Sequence record: PZ715802.1
Length of the DNA: 49,124 bases
Strand: one strand, 5' to 3'
Source of the DNA: a phage
Notes under the pieces: generated by a model
Told to the model about the DNA's origin: nothing
The model's input: the letters and a program-made list of their open reading frames with translations, nothing else
Databases searched by the model: none
Program-made: the position numbers and the translations under genes
Shown: positions 8,821 through 18,691 of the stretch, piece by piece
How positions within the stretch are numbered: position 1 is the stretch's first letter
How the letters are laid out: each line of letters begins with the position of its first letter

Positions 8821-9926
8821 AAAAGGTGCAACGTTTTGATAGCGTAAGAGTAAAGGCGCATTTTGATGAACATGGTTTTTTAGTTGATCGGCCTATTGTA
8901 GCGCGGATTGGTTTGCAGATTTACCAAACGCCATTTGGAGAGCGTAGAGAGTTCAGGCCAGCAAGTGAAGTATTCAAGGCTGATTCACTGGCAACCTATG
9001 CAGGAAAACCAATCACAGTAGGTCACGTCACCGTAACGCCGGAAAATGCGCGTAATGTTGTTGTTGGTACTTGTTCAGGCGCTGGCATTCCAAATGGGAT
9101 CGGAGTTGAAGCGCCTTTGAATATTTACGCAAAGGATGCAATTGAAAGCGCGAAGAAAAAACAAACGGCTGAAATCAGCGTTGGCTATACTTCAATTGAT
9201 ATTGATAAGCCAGGTTGGGGGTCTAATGAAACGGGCGAATACATCTTTGAAGAAGATCTAAAAGATGGTGAGCAGCCGCCGAAAGATTGGGTTAAGTTTG
9301 ATGCGCTACAAACAAACATTAGCGTAAACCATATCGCGCTTGTTTTTAAAGGTCGTGCCGGAATTGCAAAATTGAATCTTGATAGCGAGCAGGAATTCCC
9401 GTATGATACTGACGTTAAATTAAATAAAGAGGACGAAGTTATGACCGTTAAAATTAAACTGGATGGTGCTGTTGAATTTGACGTACCAAAAGAGGTTGCT
9501 ACCTTTATCGAAACCGTAAAGGCAGATGCTGAAAAAGCCAAAACCAAAGCCGACAGCCTGGAGGCAGAGCGTGACGCGCTACAGTCGAAAGTTGACGGCA
9601 TTCCGGCGCAGATTGAAGAAGCAGTGAAAAAAGCAAAAGCTGACGCTGATGAACATGCCGCACTGGTCGCTACCGCTTCCGAAGTTGGCGTAAAATGCGA
9701 CGGACTAACAGCAAAAGAAATTAAGATCGCATATGTGAAAGAGGTCATGGGTAATGACATTAGCGCAAAGGCTGATGCATATATTGATACCGCTTTTGAT
9801 ATCGCGAAAGAATCTGATAAAATGGCGGCTCAACGTATTGCACTGAAAGGCGATTCAGCAAAAGAAAAAGAAGATGGCGCGGATTCTGTTTTAAATCCTT
9901 CCGCACGTCTGAACAAAGCTAAATAA
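8817..9926 (+). CDS. prohead scaffold / protease-like protein
   Basis: internal ATG of track ORF 8778-9926 in ATGA overlap with upstream stop; C-terminal coiled-coil-rich AEKAKTKADSLEAERDALQSK region; position before capsid. Confidence 0.45.
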   Translation: MKKVQRFDSVRVKAHFDEHGFLVDRPIVARIGLQIYQTPFGERREFRPASEVFKADSLATYAGKPITVGHVTVTPENARNVVVGTCSGAGIPNGIGVEAPLNIYAKDAIESAKKKQTAEISVGYTSIDIDKPGWGSNETGEYIFEEDLKDGEQPPKDWVKFDALQTNISVNHIALVFKGRAGIAKLNLDSEQEFPYDTDVKLNKEDEVMTVKIKLDGAVEFDVPKEVATFIETVKADAEKAKTKADSLEAERDALQSKVDGIPAQIEEAVKKAKADADEHAALVATASEVGVKCDGLTAKEIKIAYVKEVMGNDISAKADAYIDTAFDIAKESDKMAAQRIALKGDSAKEKEDGADSVLNPSARLNKAK

Positions 9927-9938
9927 GGAGAAAATATT

Positions 9939-10427
9939 ATGGCTCAGATTTCAGCAAGTTATCATGTTGCAATGGCTCGCGCCTTGCCTGGTCAAGTTTC
10001 CGACACTTCCGCGTATAACATCGACGGAGCTTGTGTTCTTGAGAATGCAGCAGGCAATCAGAATAAGCCTGTTTTTGTTGGTGTGGCGGTCCAGCATGGC
10101 GGCGTTGATGCCATGGGCAATAAGCTGATTAAGCCGATGGAGGCAAGCGGCAAGGCTTACGGCGTTGCTATTCGATCCAACTTCCAGACCACATCTAAAG
10201 ATGGTCGCATGGTTTATGAGGCTGGTAGCGGAATTAACGTAATGACTAAAGGGCGCGTTTGGATGTTATCTGTAGAGTCGGAAGCGCCAGCATTCAAAAC
10301 AGCTATCAAACTTGATGATTCAGGACAGGTTGATTTAACGTCTGGATTAATTGAAACCACTTGGATCGCAACTGGAGACTTTACGGAATTCCAAGGTCTA
10401 AAACTCGTTGAGGTTCAACTGGTATAA
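9939..10427 (+). CDS. structural protein, paralog A of a tandem pair
   Basis: AAGGAGA RBS; shares YNIDG, NV.T.GR.W and C-terminal ..VQL with 10471-10911. Confidence 0.5.
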   Translation: MAQISASYHVAMARALPGQVSDTSAYNIDGACVLENAAGNQNKPVFVGVAVQHGGVDAMGNKLIKPMEASGKAYGVAIRSNFQTTSKDGRMVYEAGSGINVMTKGRVWMLSVESEAPAFKTAIKLDDSGQVDLTSGLIETTWIATGDFTEFQGLKLVEVQLV

Positions 10428-10432
10428 TAATA

Positions 10433-10457
10433 AGGCCGGATTATTCCGGCCTTTTAT
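10433..10457 (+). terminator. intrinsic terminator/attenuator
   Basis: stem aggccgga/tccggcct, loop ttat, then TTTTA; near-identical to hairpin at 6750. Confidence 0.5.
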
Positions 10458-10470
10458 ATATGGTGGTTTT

Positions 10471-10911
10471 ATGTCTGATTACGGTTCTATAATAGGTATA
10501 GTTGAAAATGGGTGCTTGGTAGATTCAAGCCTTTATAATATAGATGGCTCGCCAGTTATGGATGTTTCAGCCGTGATAGGTAAGGCCGTATGTGTTGATC
10601 GCATATCTTGCGGTTACAAAATAATCAGCCACAATTTTAATGAAAACTCAAAGCATTACGGAATCGTTACGCGTGATTATATGGATTTTTGCAAAGAATA
10701 TTACGACGCCGGAGATCCTGTTAACGTAATAACTCATGGTAGAATTTGGGTAATCACTCAGGACGAACAGGATATTCCATCGTATAAAGATCCTGTTTTT
10801 GTTAAAGACAATGGCTCTATATCAACAAGTGGATTTCCTACTAGTTGGTTTTTTACTGGCGAATACGTAAGATATTCACACGGATATATTTTACTATCAG
10901 TTCAGTTGTAG
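10471..10911 (+). CDS. structural protein, paralog B of a tandem pair
   Basis: internal ATG of track ORF 10408-10911 placed after the terminator; protein similarity to 9939-10427. Confidence 0.5.
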   Translation: MSDYGSIIGIVENGCLVDSSLYNIDGSPVMDVSAVIGKAVCVDRISCGYKIISHNFNENSKHYGIVTRDYMDFCKEYYDAGDPVNVITHGRIWVITQDEQDIPSYKDPVFVKDNGSISTSGFPTSWFFTGEYVRYSHGYILLSVQL

Positions 10912-11000
10912 CGTGCTAACACAAAAAACACTTGAACGTTTAACAAAAAATGCTATATTAAAGCCGTTATTGTGACGGCTTTTCTATGAGGGGAAATATT

Positions 11001-11978
11001 ATGTCTAAAGAAAAAATTAAATTTGATGAATTTGAAGCGTCTGTGATTTCTAATCACCTGCAACTGCAAGGCGCTAAAAACGATGCGTCTGATATGGGTA
11101 TTTGGACGGCTCAAGAGCTACACAAAATTAAGTCTCAGGCTTATGAGAAAGAATATCCGGCAGGTTCCGCACTGCGTGTATTCCCTGTAACGTCAGAGCT
11201 TTCCGATACTGATAAAACTTTTGAATACCAGACTTTCGACAAAGTAGGTCACGCAAAAATCATCGCTGATTATACTGATGATCTGCCAACTGTTGACGCG
11301 ATGATGACTTCTGAATTTGGTAAAGTGTTCCGCCTGGGTAATGCGTTCCTGATTTCCATTGACGAAATCAAAGCAGGTCAACGCACTGGCAAGAGCCTTT
11401 CCGCTCGCAAGGCAAACGCCGCACAGAATGCGCATGATCAGCTTGTCAATCACCTGGTTTTCAAAGGCTCTAAGCCGCACAAAATTATCAGTGTGTTTGA
11501 ACATCCGAACATCACAACTATCACCTCCGCAGGTTGGAACAACGCCGCAGGTACTGGTAAAAAGCCGGAAACAGCACAGGATGAATTAGAGCAAGCGATT
11601 GAAAAAATCGAAACGCTGACCAACGGGCAGCACCGCGCTACTCACATTCTGATCCCGCCGTCAATGCGTAAGGTTTTGAGCGTTCGTATGCCGGAAACCA
11701 CCATGAGCTATCTTGATTACTTCAAGCAGCAGAATGGAGGTATCACTATCGAATCCATTTCCGAGCTTGAAGATATCGACGGCGCAGGGACTAAAGCGGC
11801 GCTGGTTTACGAAAAAGATCCGATGAACATGAGCATTGAGATTCCAGAAGCGTTTAACATGCTGACCGCGCAACCTAAAGACCTGCATTTCAAAGTGCCT
11901 TGCACCTCTAAATGTACTGGCCTGACGATTTACCGTCCGTTGACGCTGGTTCTGATTAAAGGTCTTGTAGTAGGCTGA
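11001..11978 (+). CDS. major capsid protein (by position and size)
   Basis: internal ATG of track ORF 10986-11978 with GAGGGG RBS; about 325 aa; strong terminator immediately downstream. Confidence 0.6.
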   Translation: MSKEKIKFDEFEASVISNHLQLQGAKNDASDMGIWTAQELHKIKSQAYEKEYPAGSALRVFPVTSELSDTDKTFEYQTFDKVGHAKIIADYTDDLPTVDAMMTSEFGKVFRLGNAFLISIDEIKAGQRTGKSLSARKANAAQNAHDQLVNHLVFKGSKPHKIISVFEHPNITTITSAGWNNAAGTGKKPETAQDELEQAIEKIETLTNGQHRATHILIPPSMRKVLSVRMPETTMSYLDYFKQQNGGITIESISELEDIDGAGTKAALVYEKDPMNMSIEIPEAFNMLTAQPKDLHFKVPCTSKCTGLTIYRPLTLVLIKGLVVG

Positions 11979-11994
11979 TAATTCAATTAATATA

Positions 11995-12021
11995 GGGAAC
12001 CGTTAAAAGGTTCCCTTTTTT
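11995..12021 (+). terminator. intrinsic terminator
   Basis: stem gggaacc/ggttccc then TTTTTT. Confidence 0.65.
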
Positions 12022-12039
12022 ATATATGGAGAAAAACAA

Positions 12040-12312
12040 ATGGCTAAAGAAAAAGAAATTACACTGGTTAACACTGGCGTTGCACTGATTATTATTGATC
12101 GCATTGACGTTATGCCAGGTAAGGAAATTACCGTTGCGGAAAGCGTGTTAGAGCGGCAAGGCACTAAAGCACTTATGGCAGAAGGTAAGCTAACAATCAA
12201 AGATAACAGCGATCTCAATGCTGAAATCGTTGAAGCGTTTAAGAGCAAGCGCAAAAAAGATCCGAACGAAGGCAAGACAAAAAAAGAGCTTGAGGACGGC
12301 GGCGAGTATTAA
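12040..12312 (+). CDS. hypothetical head-associated protein
   Basis: ORF track; GGAG RBS; flanked by terminators. Confidence 0.45.
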   Translation: MAKEKEITLVNTGVALIIIDRIDVMPGKEITVAESVLERQGTKALMAEGKLTIKDNSDLNAEIVEAFKSKRKKDPNEGKTKKELEDGGEY

Positions 12313-12319
12313 TTAATAA

Positions 12320-12344
12320 AGGCGCTTATTTAGCGCCTTTTTTA
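12320..12344 (+). terminator. intrinsic terminator
   Basis: stem aggcgct/agcgcct then TTTTTT. Confidence 0.65.
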
Positions 12345-12357
12345 TTGGGGGTAAATC

Positions 12358-12762
12358 ATGAATGATATTGAGATCTTAGAGCAGATTTATAAACTTGCTC
12401 CAGCATTTAAAAAAGTAGATCCTGAATTGATTCAGGCATGGATCGAATTAGCAAAAGATTTCGTTTGCGTTAACCACTTCAAAGACAAGTACAATCGCGC
12501 TGTTGCTCTTTATACGTTGCACCTGATGACTCTTGACGGCGCAATGAAACAGGAAGGTGAAAGCGTAGAAAGCTACTCGCATCGTATAGCGTCATTTTCC
12601 CTGACTGGTGAGTTTTCTCAGACATTCAGCAAAGTTAGTGACGACACAAGCGGTAACACGTTGCGCCAAACGCCGTGGGGTAAAATGTATGAAGTTCTTA
12701 ACAAGAAAAAAGGCGGCGGATTTGGCCTTACAACTGCCTTTCGTCGGAGGTGCTCACGATGA
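12358..12762 (+). CDS. head-tail connector (gp6-like) protein
   Basis: ORF track; position; ALYTLHLM-type motif recalled from head-tail connector families. Confidence 0.45.
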   Translation: MNDIEILEQIYKLAPAFKKVDPELIQAWIELAKDFVCVNHFKDKYNRAVALYTLHLMTLDGAMKQEGESVESYSHRIASFSLTGEFSQTFSKVSDDTSGNTLRQTPWGKMYEVLNKKKGGGFGLTTAFRRRCSR

Positions 12763-13130
12763 ATTATGAACAAATCAGATCTATGGCATCGGCTGGAATT
12801 AATTTTTTTAGCGATGGAACTGGTGAATTTGATTGCATTACTCAACCTGGAAGCGTTGAAATTGTTGGCGGTATTGAGGTTGAAAAACCTGAAATAAAGG
12901 TGAAGATTAAAGGTCTTGTGAGAGCACCACGGACGCGAGAAGTTGACGGAGAGACAATTAGAGTTACCGACAAGTTAGGCGTTTTTAATGCTGATGTAGA
13001 GCTTAAAAACGGATATCAGATTGATATCGACGGCGAGCGTTATGTTATGGTTGAAACAAGACCAATCAGACCAACAAGCATTACCGTTGCTTACCGTCCA
13101 ATAATGCGGAGGGTTGCGGTTCATGGCTGA
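12759..13130 (+). CDS. neck / head closure protein
   Basis: internal ATG of track ORF 12750-13130 with GGAGGTG RBS; position. Confidence 0.4.
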   Translation: MNYEQIRSMASAGINFFSDGTGEFDCITQPGSVEIVGGIEVEKPEIKVKIKGLVRAPRTREVDGETIRVTDKLGVFNADVELKNGYQIDIDGERYVMVETRPIRPTSITVAYRPIMRRVAVHG

Positions 13131-13563
13131 TTATTCGATCCGAGAATTTCATGGCAATGTTGATAAATGGATCGAGCAAGTAGAAAGCGGATTGAATGAC
13201 GTGATTCAGATTTTTGGTGAAAAGGTTCACGGCGCATTAGTTGATATTGCGCCAGTGGACACAGGACGATTCAAAGCAAATATGCAGATCACAGCAAACA
13301 AGCCACCTCTTTACGCGCTCAATCAATATGATCCTGATGGTGAGAAAACAAAGGCGGAAGGTCGCAGGACGCTTTATGCTTTATTGCATGGCGGCGGCGC
13401 TATTAAATCAATATACTTTTCCAATATGCTGATTTACGCTAATGCTCTTGAATATGGTCATTCAAAGCAAGCGCCAGCGGGGGTATTTGGTATCGTTGCG
13501 ATCCGGTTGCGCTCTTACATGGCGGAAGCGATAAGGGAGGCGAGAAAGAAAAATGCACTATGA
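13123..13563 (+). CDS. HK97 gp10-like neck/tail component
   Basis: internal ATG of track ORF 13114-13563 with GGAGGG RBS; PVDTGRF motif. Confidence 0.45.
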   Translation: MADYSIREFHGNVDKWIEQVESGLNDVIQIFGEKVHGALVDIAPVDTGRFKANMQITANKPPLYALNQYDPDGEKTKAEGRRTLYALLHGGGAIKSIYFSNMLIYANALEYGHSKQAPAGVFGIVAIRLRSYMAEAIREARKKNAL

Positions 13564-13945
13564 ATTATCTGTTGCGGCAAGAATGGCGCTGGCTCAAGAA
13601 TACGAAAGCGAATATATGATCGCTTATGAAAACGTTGAATTTACGCCACCAAAAGGCGGAGGCATTTGGCTTAAATATGACTACAAAGAAGCAGATACAA
13701 TAATTCATGATCTGAAAAGGAAATGCATTAGCTATATTGGAATGGTTCAGATCGGAATTGAATTCCCGCCAGGTTCAGGAATTGATAAGGCTCGCAAGCT
13801 GGCAAAAAATATTGCTGATTTCTTTGAAGATGGTAAAATGCTTTCGAATGGCTATATTTCAGAAGGTGCAAAAGTGCATCCAGTTCAGAAATCAGAATCA
13901 GGCTGGTTTTATCCAGTACGTTTTTATGTTCGTTATGATGGTTAA
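13553..13945 (+). CDS. tail terminator / completion protein (by position)
   Basis: ORF track; position before major tail protein. Confidence 0.35.
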   Translation: MHYELSVAARMALAQEYESEYMIAYENVEFTPPKGGGIWLKYDYKEADTIIHDLKRKCISYIGMVQIGIEFPPGSGIDKARKLAKNIADFFEDGKMLSNGYISEGAKVHPVQKSESGWFYPVRFYVRYDG

Positions 13946-13959
13946 TAAAGGGGGCTATT

Positions 13960-14622
13960 ATGCACTTACCTAACGGAGCACAGATTTTTATTGAGAATAC
14001 TCGCGCACAGGCAGTAAGCGCAACCAACGTTAGCAACGCTGAAAAACCGGAGTTCACTGTTGCAAGTGGCGGAACTGACTTTAAAAAGGGTGATTACATT
14101 ATCGTTACCGCCTCAAGTTGGGGTAAATTGCTTGATCGCGTTCTGCGTGTGACGGCGGCTGAAGAAACTAAGGTTACTGTTGAAGGTATCGACACAACCG
14201 ATACTAACGTTTTCCCTGCTGGCGCTGTAACTGCGAGCTTTGCGAAAATCAACGGTTGGACAGAGATCCCATGCGTACAGGACTTGGGGCAGGACGGAGG
14301 CGAGCAACAGTATTACAATTACCAGTGCTTGAGCGATGACCAGGAGCAGCAGTTACCAACCTATAAAAGCGCGGTATCACTGACTTACACATTTGCGCAT
14401 GAATACGATAACCCGATTTATCCGCTATTGCGTAAGGCTGACGAATCCGGCGACGTTAAAGCATTGCGCATGTATGTACCAAAAGCGAAAGAAATGCGCC
14501 TTTGGGCTGGTGTGCTTTCTTTCAACGAGATCCCACAAACGGCGGTAAACGAAATGGAAACCGTTTCTTTGTCGGTATCCCTGAAAGGTCGCTTTACTTT
14601 CCTCCCTGCTAACCAGGATTAA
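13960..14622 (+). CDS. major tail protein (by position)
   Basis: ORF track; AAGGGGG RBS; followed by terminator and then the frameshifting chaperone gene. Confidence 0.55.
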   Translation: MHLPNGAQIFIENTRAQAVSATNVSNAEKPEFTVASGGTDFKKGDYIIVTASSWGKLLDRVLRVTAAEETKVTVEGIDTTDTNVFPAGAVTASFAKINGWTEIPCVQDLGQDGGEQQYYNYQCLSDDQEQQLPTYKSAVSLTYTFAHEYDNPIYPLLRKADESGDVKALRMYVPKAKEMRLWAGVLSFNEIPQTAVNEMETVSLSVSLKGRFTFLPANQD

Positions 14623-14628
14623 TATTAA

Positions 14629-14651
14629 GGGGCGCATTGCGTCCCTTTTTT
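14629..14651 (+). terminator. intrinsic terminator
   Basis: stem ggggcgc/gcgtccc (one G-U) then TTTTTT. Confidence 0.6.
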
Positions 14652-14699
14652 ATTTGATGTAATATCACCTCAATATTTAACCACTCAGGAGAAATGACA

Positions 14700-15014
14700 A
14701 TGGCTAAAATGAAATTGACTCTTGCCCCGCTTCCAGATTTCAAACTTCCAGTTAAATTTGTATTGCCGGATGGTAACGAGCAAAAAATTGTGTTTACCGT
14801 TAAGCATAAAAAGGCCAGCGAGATTCAAGAGCTTTACCAGAAAGAAGGTATTAAAGATCCTGAATTCATCATGAATGTTGCCGTGGGTTGGGATCTGGAG
14901 GAAGAATTCAACGAAGAAAACGCGCAACTGTTAGTTGATTATTATCCTGGCGCGGCGCTGGCTCTTATGGGATCTTATTTAAGTGCGCTGGCAGGGCAAC
15001 GCGTAAAAAACTAA
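14700..15014 (+). CDS. tail assembly chaperone, G-like short product
   Basis: track ORF 14694-15014; AGGAG RBS favours ATG 14700; lies between major tail protein and tape measure protein. Confidence 0.6.
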   Translation: MAKMKLTLAPLPDFKLPVKFVLPDGNEQKIVFTVKHKKASEIQELYQKEGIKDPEFIMNVAVGWDLEEEFNEENAQLLVDYYPGAALALMGSYLSALAGQRVKN

Positions 15015-15331
15015 AACGGGCGGTTTATCTGTATTATCAGAAACCGCCGACAGATGCAGAATTGCAAGCCGTAGGATTAACCCGCGCAGACTATGAAGGA
15101 GAAGATCCGCCAGAGGTCATATTTGATGAAAGTATGATGCAATCATGGGATATATTTTGCGCGATGGGTACACAGTGGCGTAGTGCTGGCGCTGGTGCTT
15201 ACGGTTTTGATTATAATGTTTTGCCTATGTTATTCAGAATCTATAAAATAGACGATGAAGAAATGGCCTTAAATGACTTGCGCATCATGGAACAAAAAGC
15301 ACTGGAAATGATGCAAGCAAATAACAAATAA
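14700..15331 (+). CDS. tail assembly chaperone, GT-like product via -1 frameshift at 15005-15011
   Basis: slippery heptamer A_AAA_AAC just before the stop; -1 frame is open from 15011 through track ORF 15062-15331. Confidence 0.55.
15005..15048 (+). other. programmed -1 ribosomal frameshift signal
   Basis: heptamer A_AAA_AAC 15005-15011, 7-nt spacer, perfect 8-bp stem ggcggttt/aaaccgcc at 15019-15048. Confidence 0.6.
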
Positions 15332-15353
15332 AGCGCCTACGGGCGCTTTTTTT
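15332..15353 (+). terminator. intrinsic terminator
   Basis: stem agcgcc/ggcgct, loop tacg, then TTTTTTT. Confidence 0.6.
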
Positions 15354-15368
15354 ATGAGGGTAAAATAT

Positions 15369-18278
15369 ATGGCTGAACAATTTGCAGGTTTAACACTTGG
15401 CGTTAACGTCGAGCAGTTAAACAAAGCTGTTAAGTCGTTACAGGACTTTAAAAAAGCCAACGACGAAGCAAAGAAAGGCGTTGAGAGCTTTGTTAACGAG
15501 GAAGAAGTTGCAAAGCAAAAGGCTAAACAGTTAGCCGATGAATTAGCGAAACAGAGCCGTGAATTTAAGAGAATTCAGGATACAGTTGATCCGACAGCGG
15601 CAAAAATGCGCAAGCTGTCACAGGCAGCAAGTGATCTTGATAAGCTATGGCAAAAAGGGATTGTACCTGATGAAACATTCTTCCAATTAGGGAGCATGTT
15701 GGAAACTCAGATCAGTAAATTGGAGCGCAACAAAAAGGCGCTTACGGAAGAAGGCCGCGCAGCGTTGGAAGAATCACGCACCAAAGAGAAAGCAGCGGCA
15801 GCAGGAAAGAGCTTCCTTGCGGATCTAGAATCACAAGCGGCTGCTCTTGGAAAAACCAAATCTGAATTACTGGAAATGAAAGCCGCGCAACTTGGCGTAA
15901 GTGCTCAGGCCGCGCCATTCATTGCACAGCTTAAAGCGCAAGAGCGCCAGATGAAATTAACCGGAATTAGCGCGGGGCAATATAACCAGGCAATGCGACA
16001 ACTTCCGGCTCAGATCACTGACGTTGTAACGTCGCTGGCTTCCGGCATGCCTGTTTGGTTGGTTGCAATCCAGCAGGGTGGGCAGATTAAAGATTCTTTC
16101 GGCGGCGTTGGTAATACGTTTAAAGTGCTGTTGTCGTTTCTTAATCCGGTAAACGTTGGCCTTGCCGCATTAGCCGTTTCAATGGGTGCTCTTGTTAAGG
16201 CTGGTTATGATGCGTATAAGTCGCAACGTGACTTGCAAGAGGCGTTAGTGATGACTGGTGGATATGCTGGCACAAACGGCGCACAGTTTGACAAGATGGC
16301 GCAGGATATTAATAACAGCACTGATGCGACCATTGGCAGCATTCGCGGCATTGCAACAGAGCTTGCAAAATCTGGAAAATACACCATTGATCAGATTAAA
16401 GCCATTACGAAAACTACCGCTCAGTGGTCAACTGTAACGGGTGAATCAAGCGATAAGATTACTGGTTACTTTGATAAGATTGCTGGCGATCCGGTTAAAG
16501 GTCTTGCAGAGCTAAACGAGCAATTCAACTTTTTAAGCGAAGGGCAGTTAACTTATATTGCAGACCTGGAGAAAACGAAAGGAAAAACGGAAGCAGTGAC
16601 GGCGGCGACAAAGTTATTTGCTGATGTTATGGATCAGAGATTAGCTAAACTGGCAGACTCCGCAACGCCATTAGAAAAGATGTGGACGAACATTAAAAAA
16701 TGGGCGTCAGATGCTTGGGGATGGGTTGGAGATCACACGCTGGCGGCGCTTAACCTGATTATCGACGTTGTAGCCGGAACGGTTGAGCAGGTCAGATACT
16801 TGCTTAATCAGGGTGATATTCTCATTGGTGAATTTATTGTGTCGGCAACTAAGACGATGCAAAAAATCCCAGGTCTTGATAATGTTGGCGATTCTGTAAT
16901 TTCGCAACAACAGAAGATCATTAATAACGCCAAAGAGAACAACAAGGAGCTATTAAAATCAATTGCAGAACGTAACGAGCGAGTCAAAAAAGGCGAGCAG
17001 GGTTACATTGACATGATGAAAAATCGTGCGGCGGTTGAACAGCAATATGCGACAAAAACAAAAGAGAATATCAGGAAGGAAGCCGAGGAATTAGCCAAAC
17101 GCGATAAAAAGCAAAAGGCTGAAAAAGTTAAGGTATCGGCTGGCGATAAGCTGGAAGAACAATATCAGCGTGATATCCTGGCGTTAGAAACTCAATTAAG
17201 AGTATTGAAAGAGCACAAGACGATCACAGATACCATAAGCCAGCAACGTAAATCTTTATGGGCTGAACAAGCTAAAATTCAGATTTTGCAAGAAGCCTCA
17301 ACAAAACGGCAACTTACTGATGAAGAAAAAAGCATTTTAGCCAACAAAGATAAGATCCTGGCGATGGCTGAACAAAAAGCTATTTTAGGAGATCAGATTG
17401 TTGCACAAACGCGCCTTAATCAGTTGCAAGATAGCTCAATCAAGTTTATCCAGCAGCAGAAAGCAGCAACAGAAGCACTAGCCAAAACCAGAGGGTTAAG
17501 TGAACGTGAAGCAGCAAGAGCGGCGGAACGTGCAAAGGTTGAGGCTGATTATCTTGCCAAAGGAGGTAAGGAAGGAGATCCGCAACTCACCGCCATGATG
17601 GATGAATTAGACAACCGCTATAAAGAGGAAGATGCTAAACGTGCTGATTGGTTATCTGGTGCAAAACATGCCTTTGCGGAGTACGGCGAAGAAGCAATGA
17701 ACATGTATGATAATATCGGCAACATTGCGAGCCAGGCGTTAAACGGCCTATCGCAACAAATGGCTGATTTCTTGACTACTGGACAAGCAAACTTCAAAGA
17801 CTTTGCAAAATCGATCATTAGCCTTATTGTTCAGATGATCACAAAGATGGTTATCTTCAATAGCATTTCCGGCATGATGGGCGGCTCAACCTGGACGCTT
17901 GGAAGCCTTTTAAGCGGTGCTGGTTTTGCTAGCGGCGGTTATACTGGCGACGGTGGCAAATATGATCCGGCTGGCGTTGTTCATAAGGGTGAGTTTGTTT
18001 TCACCAAAGAGGCAACGCAAAGAATCGGAGCTAAAAACCTGTATCGCATGATGCGAGGTTATGCAAACGGCGGTCAAGTAGGAAGCGTGACAACTGGCGG
18101 TGCTGGCATCAATCGCGGTGCATCGCAATTTGCATTTGGTGATATCAACGTTAACATTGACAACGGTCAAGATCCAAAAGGGATGGAAACTGGTATCAAG
18201 ATGATTTTCACTGAAATGATTCAACGGTCATGCTCGCAAGGTGGCGAGGTTTATAATTTTGTTCATGGGAGGGCTTAA
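15369..18278 (+). CDS. tail tape measure protein
   Basis: internal ATG of track ORF 15354-18278 with GAGGG RBS; about 970 aa, Ala/Gln/Lys-rich helical sequence; position after chaperone. Confidence 0.8.
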   Translation: MAEQFAGLTLGVNVEQLNKAVKSLQDFKKANDEAKKGVESFVNEEEVAKQKAKQLADELAKQSREFKRIQDTVDPTAAKMRKLSQAASDLDKLWQKGIVPDETFFQLGSMLETQISKLERNKKALTEEGRAALEESRTKEKAAAAGKSFLADLESQAAALGKTKSELLEMKAAQLGVSAQAAPFIAQLKAQERQMKLTGISAGQYNQAMRQLPAQITDVVTSLASGMPVWLVAIQQGGQIKDSFGGVGNTFKVLLSFLNPVNVGLAALAVSMGALVKAGYDAYKSQRDLQEALVMTGGYAGTNGAQFDKMAQDINNSTDATIGSIRGIATELAKSGKYTIDQIKAITKTTAQWSTVTGESSDKITGYFDKIAGDPVKGLAELNEQFNFLSEGQLTYIADLEKTKGKTEAVTAATKLFADVMDQRLAKLADSATPLEKMWTNIKKWASDAWGWVGDHTLAALNLIIDVVAGTVEQVRYLLNQGDILIGEFIVSATKTMQKIPGLDNVGDSVISQQQKIINNAKENNKELLKSIAERNERVKKGEQGYIDMMKNRAAVEQQYATKTKENIRKEAEELAKRDKKQKAEKVKVSAGDKLEEQYQRDILALETQLRVLKEHKTITDTISQQRKSLWAEQAKIQILQEASTKRQLTDEEKSILANKDKILAMAEQKAILGDQIVAQTRLNQLQDSSIKFIQQQKAATEALAKTRGLSEREAARAAERAKVEADYLAKGGKEGDPQLTAMMDELDNRYKEEDAKRADWLSGAKHAFAEYGEEAMNMYDNIGNIASQALNGLSQQMADFLTTGQANFKDFAKSIISLIVQMITKMVIFNSISGMMGGSTWTLGSLLSGAGFASGGYTGDGGKYDPAGVVHKGEFVFTKEATQRIGAKNLYRMMRGYANGGQVGSVTTGGAGINRGASQFAFGDINVNIDNGQDPKGMETGIKMIFTEMIQRSCSQGGEVYNFVHGRA

Positions 18279-18625
18279 TGTTAGATGAATTTACCTGGTG
18301 TACGCAGATTCAGAGCGGCGGAGGTGTAATGACAACTACCAATAACGACAGGGAAGTTGTTTTTGGTAACGGCTATCGCCAAAAGGCATCTTCTGGATTT
18401 AACACGGAAAGGAGGGAGTTTTCTATTGTATATGTTGGCAATGATTATAAGGCTGTTAAAGCATTTATGACGGATCACAGGTTAAAGCCTTTCTTGTGGA
18501 AAACTCCAGACGGTAGTTTTGGGTTGTTTACCGTAAAAGCCGGAACGGTTGGACTAACGCCAATTAGCCGAACCGCTCAGGAAGTCAAAGCAACTTTTAC
18601 GGAAGAATTTACATCAATGCGATAA
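18278..18625 (+). CDS. minor tail protein (lambda M-like)
   Basis: ORF track; GGGAGGG RBS; size and position. Confidence 0.6.
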   Translation: MLDEFTWCTQIQSGGGVMTTTNNDREVVFGNGYRQKASSGFNTERREFSIVYVGNDYKAVKAFMTDHRLKPFLWKTPDGSFGLFTVKAGTVGLTPISRTAQEVKATFTEEFTSMR

Positions 18626-18630
18626 ATCAA

Positions 18631-18653
18631 AGCCGCCTTGTGCGGCTTTTTTA
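18631..18653 (+). terminator. intrinsic terminator
   Basis: stem agccgc/gcggct then TTTTTT. Confidence 0.6.
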
Positions 18654-18691
18654 TTGTGTCTATAATGGTGCTTTATTGGAGGGCATAAAAT

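Noticed and set aside
9185-9760. 191-aa ORF on the minus strand inside the scaffold gene
   Set aside because: Lies entirely antisense to a well-supported late gene with no RBS or promoter; low-complexity Ser/Ala/Thr-rich translation typical of a shadow ORF.
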